Of a stretch of DNA of 64,000 nt, positions 60,699-64,000 are shown in pieces. The stretch is from the NCBI GenBank assembly GCA_017501645.1, contig JAFVWN010000065.1, positions 17,240-81,239 of the forward strand. The letters are read 5' to 3'. Numbering within the stretch: the first letter of the stretch is position 1; each line of letters opens with the position of its first letter. The position numbers and the translations under genes were made by a program. The DNA comes from Clostridia bacterium (lineage in GTDB: Bacteria; Bacillota; Clostridia; Christensenellales; UBA1242). The notes under the pieces are model-generated. The model ran no database searches. It had not been told where the DNA came from and worked only from the letters and a program-made list of their open reading frames with translations.

Positions 60699-61346
60699 TT
60701 ACCCATTGTATGGAAATCTATAGTACATACTATCAACCTTAATCATTTGAGCACTATCTTTAATCTTTATACGAATTTCTTCAATAGCCTTTTCTGCATT
60801 TTCAACAGGTATAGCACATTTTACCATAGGCATAGACTCGTCAAAGTTTTTCTCTAAGATTGGAAAACCTTTTTCGGCAAGAACCTTACCTAAAATTGCA
60901 TAGTCACTATAAGTAACTTTCATATCAAAGATACTGCAATATACCATCTTGTTTTTTCTCGCATTTAGTATGGCATTAAGAGCAGCACTATAATATGTTC
61001 TAGTAAGCCTAGACTTTCCAAGCTCTACCCCACCAAAGTATCTTACAACAGCAACAAGAACATTTGTAACTTTCTTTTCTCTTATTGCTTGATAAATTGG
61101 AGCACCAGCACTACCGGCAGGCTCACCATCATCATTATTTCTTGCGATTGAAAAATCAGCACCCAAAAGATAAGCATAGGCTATATGCTTTGCATCTTTA
61201 TTACTTTTTTTCAAACTTCCAAGAGCCTCTTTTACTTGGTCAATATTTTCTACAGGAAAAGTAACTCCAATAAAACGAGACTTTTTAACGGTTGTTTCCA
61301 CCATTGAAATCTCCGAAACAACAACATAAGGTTGATTATTTTCCAT
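60699..61346 (-). CDS. YigZ/IMPACT family protein
   Basis: KKSRFI, A.H..YAY, DDGEP.G.AG.P, VVRYFGG..LG. Confidence 0.9.
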   Translation of the reverse strand: MENNQPYVVVSEISMVETTVKKSRFIGVTFPVENIDQVKEALGSLKKSNKDAKHIAYAYLLGADFSIARNNDDGEPAGSAGAPIYQAIREKKVTNVLVAVVRYFGGVELGKSRLTRTYYSAALNAILNARKNKMVYCSIFDMKVTYSDYAILGKVLAEKGFPILEKNFDESMPMVKCAIPVENAEKAIEEIRIKIKDSAQMIKVDSMYYRFPYNG

Positions 61347-61478
61347 AAATTTTCTCCTTAACTATATATAGTGTATCATATTTCAAACAAAAATCAAAAT
61401 AATTTAACAAAAGTTTTACTTTTCTTCAAAGTGGTGATAAACTATAGTTATTCCAAAAATAAAGGCGAGGTAAAAGTA

Positions 61479-62168
61479 ATGATATCAAAACATGTAAATG
61501 ATATGTGCCCAGTAACCAATGGTGCTAGGCATCAAAATGCTCCAATACCTGAAGAAGGCAAATGGGTGCATGCAAAAGAAATTAAAGACATTAGCGGTCT
61601 TACTCACGGTGTAGGTGGATGTGCTCCTCAACAAGGAACTTGTAAACTTACTCTTAATGTGAAAGACGGAATCATCAAAGAAGCTTTGATTGAAACAATT
61701 GGTTGTTCTGGTATGACTCACTCTGCTGCAATGGCAAGTGAAATCCTTCCAGGCAAAACAATCTTAGAAGCAGTCAACACAGACTTAGTATGTGATGCTA
61801 TTAATGTAGCTATGCGAGAACTATTCTTGCAAATCATCTATGGAAGAACTCAATCAGCTTTCAGTGACCAAGGTCTTGAAATTGGCGCTGGTATGGAAGA
61901 CTTAGGTAAAGGTCTTTGCTCTCAAGTTGGTACAATGTACTCAACAGAACTTAAAGGTCCAAGATACCTAAATACTGCTGAGGGTTACATCACAAAACAA
62001 GGTCTTGACAAAAATGGAGAAATTATTGGTTATGAATATATCGCAACTGGTAAACTTCTTGAAGCTATCAAGGCTGGTGTTGACCCAAGAGAGGCTTTGG
62101 CTCAAAATACAAAAACTTATGGTCGTTTCAAAGAAGCAGTTAAAGTAATCGACCCAAGAAAGGAGTAG
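61479..62168 (+). CDS. NifU/IscU-like protein associated with GGGtGRT protein
   Basis: GLTHG.G.CAPQQG.CKLTLNVK.G.I.EAL.ET.GCSGMTHSA, LVCDAIN. Confidence 0.85.
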   Translation: MISKHVNDMCPVTNGARHQNAPIPEEGKWVHAKEIKDISGLTHGVGGCAPQQGTCKLTLNVKDGIIKEALIETIGCSGMTHSAAMASEILPGKTILEAVNTDLVCDAINVAMRELFLQIIYGRTQSAFSDQGLEIGAGMEDLGKGLCSQVGTMYSTELKGPRYLNTAEGYITKQGLDKNGEIIGYEYIATGKLLEAIKAGVDPREALAQNTKTYGRFKEAVKVIDPRKE

Positions 62169-62171
62169 TTT

Positions 62172-63167
62172 ATGGTAGAATTTGAAGGTAAAGAAAAAAG
62201 AATGCCATCAATCAATGAGGCTCTTAAAAAATATGGTTTTAAAAACCTTGAAGAAGCTGAGGCTCTTACTCTTGAAAAAGGCATTAATGTACATGATGTT
62301 GTAAAAGGTATTCAAACAATTTGTTTTGAAAACGCAGTTTGGGCTTACACTCTTGGTACTGCTATTGCAATTAAAGCTGGTGCTAAAAATGCAGTAGAAG
62401 CAGCAAAATATATTGGTGAAGGTCTTCAAGCATTCTGCGTACACGGTTCTGTTGCGGACCATAGAAAAGTTGGTATTGGTCACGGTAACCTTGGTGCTAT
62501 GCTTCTTGACGAACAAACTAAATGTTTCTGTTTCCTAGCAGGTCACGAAAGCTTTGCTGCTGCTGAAGGTGCTATTGGTATTGCATCAACAGCAAATAAA
62601 GCAAGAAAAACTCCACTTAAGGTTATCTTAAATGGTCTTGGAAAAGATGCTGCATACATCATTTCAAGAATTAATGGTTTCACTTATGTGAAGACTGAAT
62701 ATGATTTTGCAAATGCAAAACTTAACATTATTGAAGAAAAAGCTTTCTCTGATGGCGAAAGAGCTAAAGTTAAAGTTTATGGTGCAAATGATGTTAACGA
62801 AGGTGTTGCTATTATGGAACACGAACAAGTTGATGTTTCTATCACTGGTAACTCTACTAACCCTACTCGTTTCCAACACCCAGTAGCAGGTACTTATAAA
62901 AAGAATTGTTACGAAACTGGAAAAGCATATTTCTCAGTTGCTAGTGGTGGCGGTACAGGTCGTACTCTTCACCCAGACAATGTTGCTGCCGGTCCTGCAT
63001 CTTATGGTATGACTGATACTATGGGAAGAATGCACGGAGATGCTCAATTTGCTGGTTCTTCATCAGTTCCTGCACATGTTGATATGATGGGATTCATTGG
63101 TATGGGTAACAACCCAATGGTAGGAGCAACAGTTGCTCTTGCAGTTGCAGTTGACCTAGCAAAATAA
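62172..63167 (+). CDS. GGGtGRT family protein (uncharacterised)
   Basis: Literal SGGGTGRTLHPDN motif; GHESFAAAEGA; GNSTNPTRFQH. Confidence 0.92.
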   Translation: MVEFEGKEKRMPSINEALKKYGFKNLEEAEALTLEKGINVHDVVKGIQTICFENAVWAYTLGTAIAIKAGAKNAVEAAKYIGEGLQAFCVHGSVADHRKVGIGHGNLGAMLLDEQTKCFCFLAGHESFAAAEGAIGIASTANKARKTPLKVILNGLGKDAAYIISRINGFTYVKTEYDFANAKLNIIEEKAFSDGERAKVKVYGANDVNEGVAIMEHEQVDVSITGNSTNPTRFQHPVAGTYKKNCYETGKAYFSVASGGGTGRTLHPDNVAAGPASYGMTDTMGRMHGDAQFAGSSSVPAHVDMMGFIGMGNNPMVGATVALAVAVDLAK

Positions 63168-63182
63168 ATAAAACATAAACAC

Positions 63183-63209
63183 AAAAAGACGGAAGGTTTC
63201 CGTCTTTTT
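63183..63209 (+). terminator. Intrinsic terminator after GGGtGRT gene
   Basis: caaaaagacggaa-gg-tttccgtctttttg inverted repeat. Confidence 0.75.
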
Positions 63210-63256
63210 GTTTATGCACCAAATATTGTTTATCGTGAGCCTCGCTCATGTATTCC

Positions 63257-63517
63257 ACAATTCATCATTTTTCATTCGTCATTAAAAATTGCCAAATTTT
63301 TATTTACATTCTCCCCCTTTGGTGACACAGCCACCACCTTTCCCCCGTCCGGGGACACCAAGATTGTTTGGTTTTTATTTTTCACATTTGTGTTGACATT
63401 CCGCAATTCATCATTTTTCATTCTTCATTCATCATTGTTTCTAAACCCCTTCGGGTTTTGTTCCTACGGAAAGCAAAACTCTGTTTTGCCTTCATTCTTC
63501 ATTCTTCATTCTTCATT
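63257..63517. repeat. Downstream cassette copy 2 (GC core 63310-63364) joined to a triple-hairpin element (63443-63489) and heptamer repeats
   Basis: Homologous to both 1047-1230 and 2807-2915. Confidence 0.85.
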
Positions 63518-63541
63518 ATAAAAAAGCCCTGTGGGGCTTTT

Positions 63542-64000
63542 TTATATACTAATTCTTAAAGCGGGACGCACGCCGCGAGAGTAGTTCGCGACACTATCAC
63601 TGTAGTGGATGAGTCCATTATTACTAACATAGCAGGCACTAGAAGCCGACGAGCCCGCCGAACGGGTCCAGTAACGGCAGGTTCCTCCACTTGGATATGT
63701 TGCTGTTACATATGATGTACTCGTATATTTATAACAATAATTCCCTAACGCAAAGTCCGTTGGACTACATAGTCTTTTTGTGCTAGTGCCTGTAAATAAT
63801 CCAGCACTACTATGGTAATCCCAGCATGATAATAAGTATACTTTATCTTCGGTTGCAACACCTGTAGTGTTGTTTGTCGCTGGATCATAATTTCCGGTTA
63901 TATTATTTCCCACTGTCGTTGTAGATATTATTTCTTGCTCGTCACTTTTGAACGCACTTGTATAGAATGTGCTATTGAGCCATATTCGAAGTTCGCTGTT
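63542..64000 (-). CDS. 3' end of a paralog of 1261-2742 (DUF6273-like domain); probable second DGR target, truncated by window edge
   Basis: Frame open to window end; SELRIWLN, EDKVYLLS, YWTRSAG...GVRPALRISI. Confidence 0.85.
   Translation of the reverse strand, partial: NSELRIWLNSTFYTSAFKSDEQEIISTTTVGNNITGNYDPATNNTTGVATEDKVYLLSCWDYHSSAGLFTGTSTKRLCSPTDFALGNYCYKYTSTSYVTATYPSGGTCRYWTRSAGSSASSACYVSNNGLIHYSDSVANYSRGVRPALRISI
63560..63676 (-). other. Putative DGR variable region VR2
   Basis: See VR1; retains AAT AAT and AAC codons where VR1 has GCT GGT and GAC. Confidence 0.8.

Noticed and set aside
63368-63559. 63-aa ORF rich in FIIHSSF
   Set aside because: Translation of the heptamer/hairpin repeat; TTG start, no RBS
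1-64000. DGR reverse transcriptase, Avd or template repeat inside the window
   Set aside because: No ORF with RT motifs (e.g. Y.DD in RT context) recognised; the invariant VR core gccgaacgggtccag was found only at the two gene ends, by eye

Overview
Low-GC chromosomal segment, most likely from an uncultured gut-type Bacillota (Clostridia-like) bacterium; this is inferred from gene content, sigmaA-type promoters and sporulation-type genes. Most genes are on the minus strand. The backbone is housekeeping: PFOR 3' end, rplI, dinB, gmk, pepF, secG, tpiA, pgk, dusB, pyk, ssrA/smpB/rnr, dut, mfd, pth, tadA, acpS, recX and a GGGtGRT pair. The main observation is a dispersed family of surface-protein genes with several possible layers of variation. 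(1) Two paralogs 62 kb apart (1261-2742 and 63542-window end) end in a 117-nt region whose differences carry the codon signature of diversity-generating retroelement (DGR) adenine mutagenesis. No reverse transcriptase or template repeat is seen in the window, so they look like remote targets. (2) Homologous promoters with a poly-G tract between the -35 and -10 boxes lie upstream of the first paralog and of a BspA-like LRR gene that shares its N-terminal stalk, suggesting phase variation. (3) These loci carry covarying triple-hairpin elements and heptamer tandem repeats, and the two DGR-like genes share a GC-rich REP-like downstream cassette. Also noted are a SipW/TasA-like pair, a HipA-like kinase operon in unusual order, a degenerate GlmU, and several apparently leaderless genes. 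All product calls come from motif recognition by eye, and counts are hand counts.
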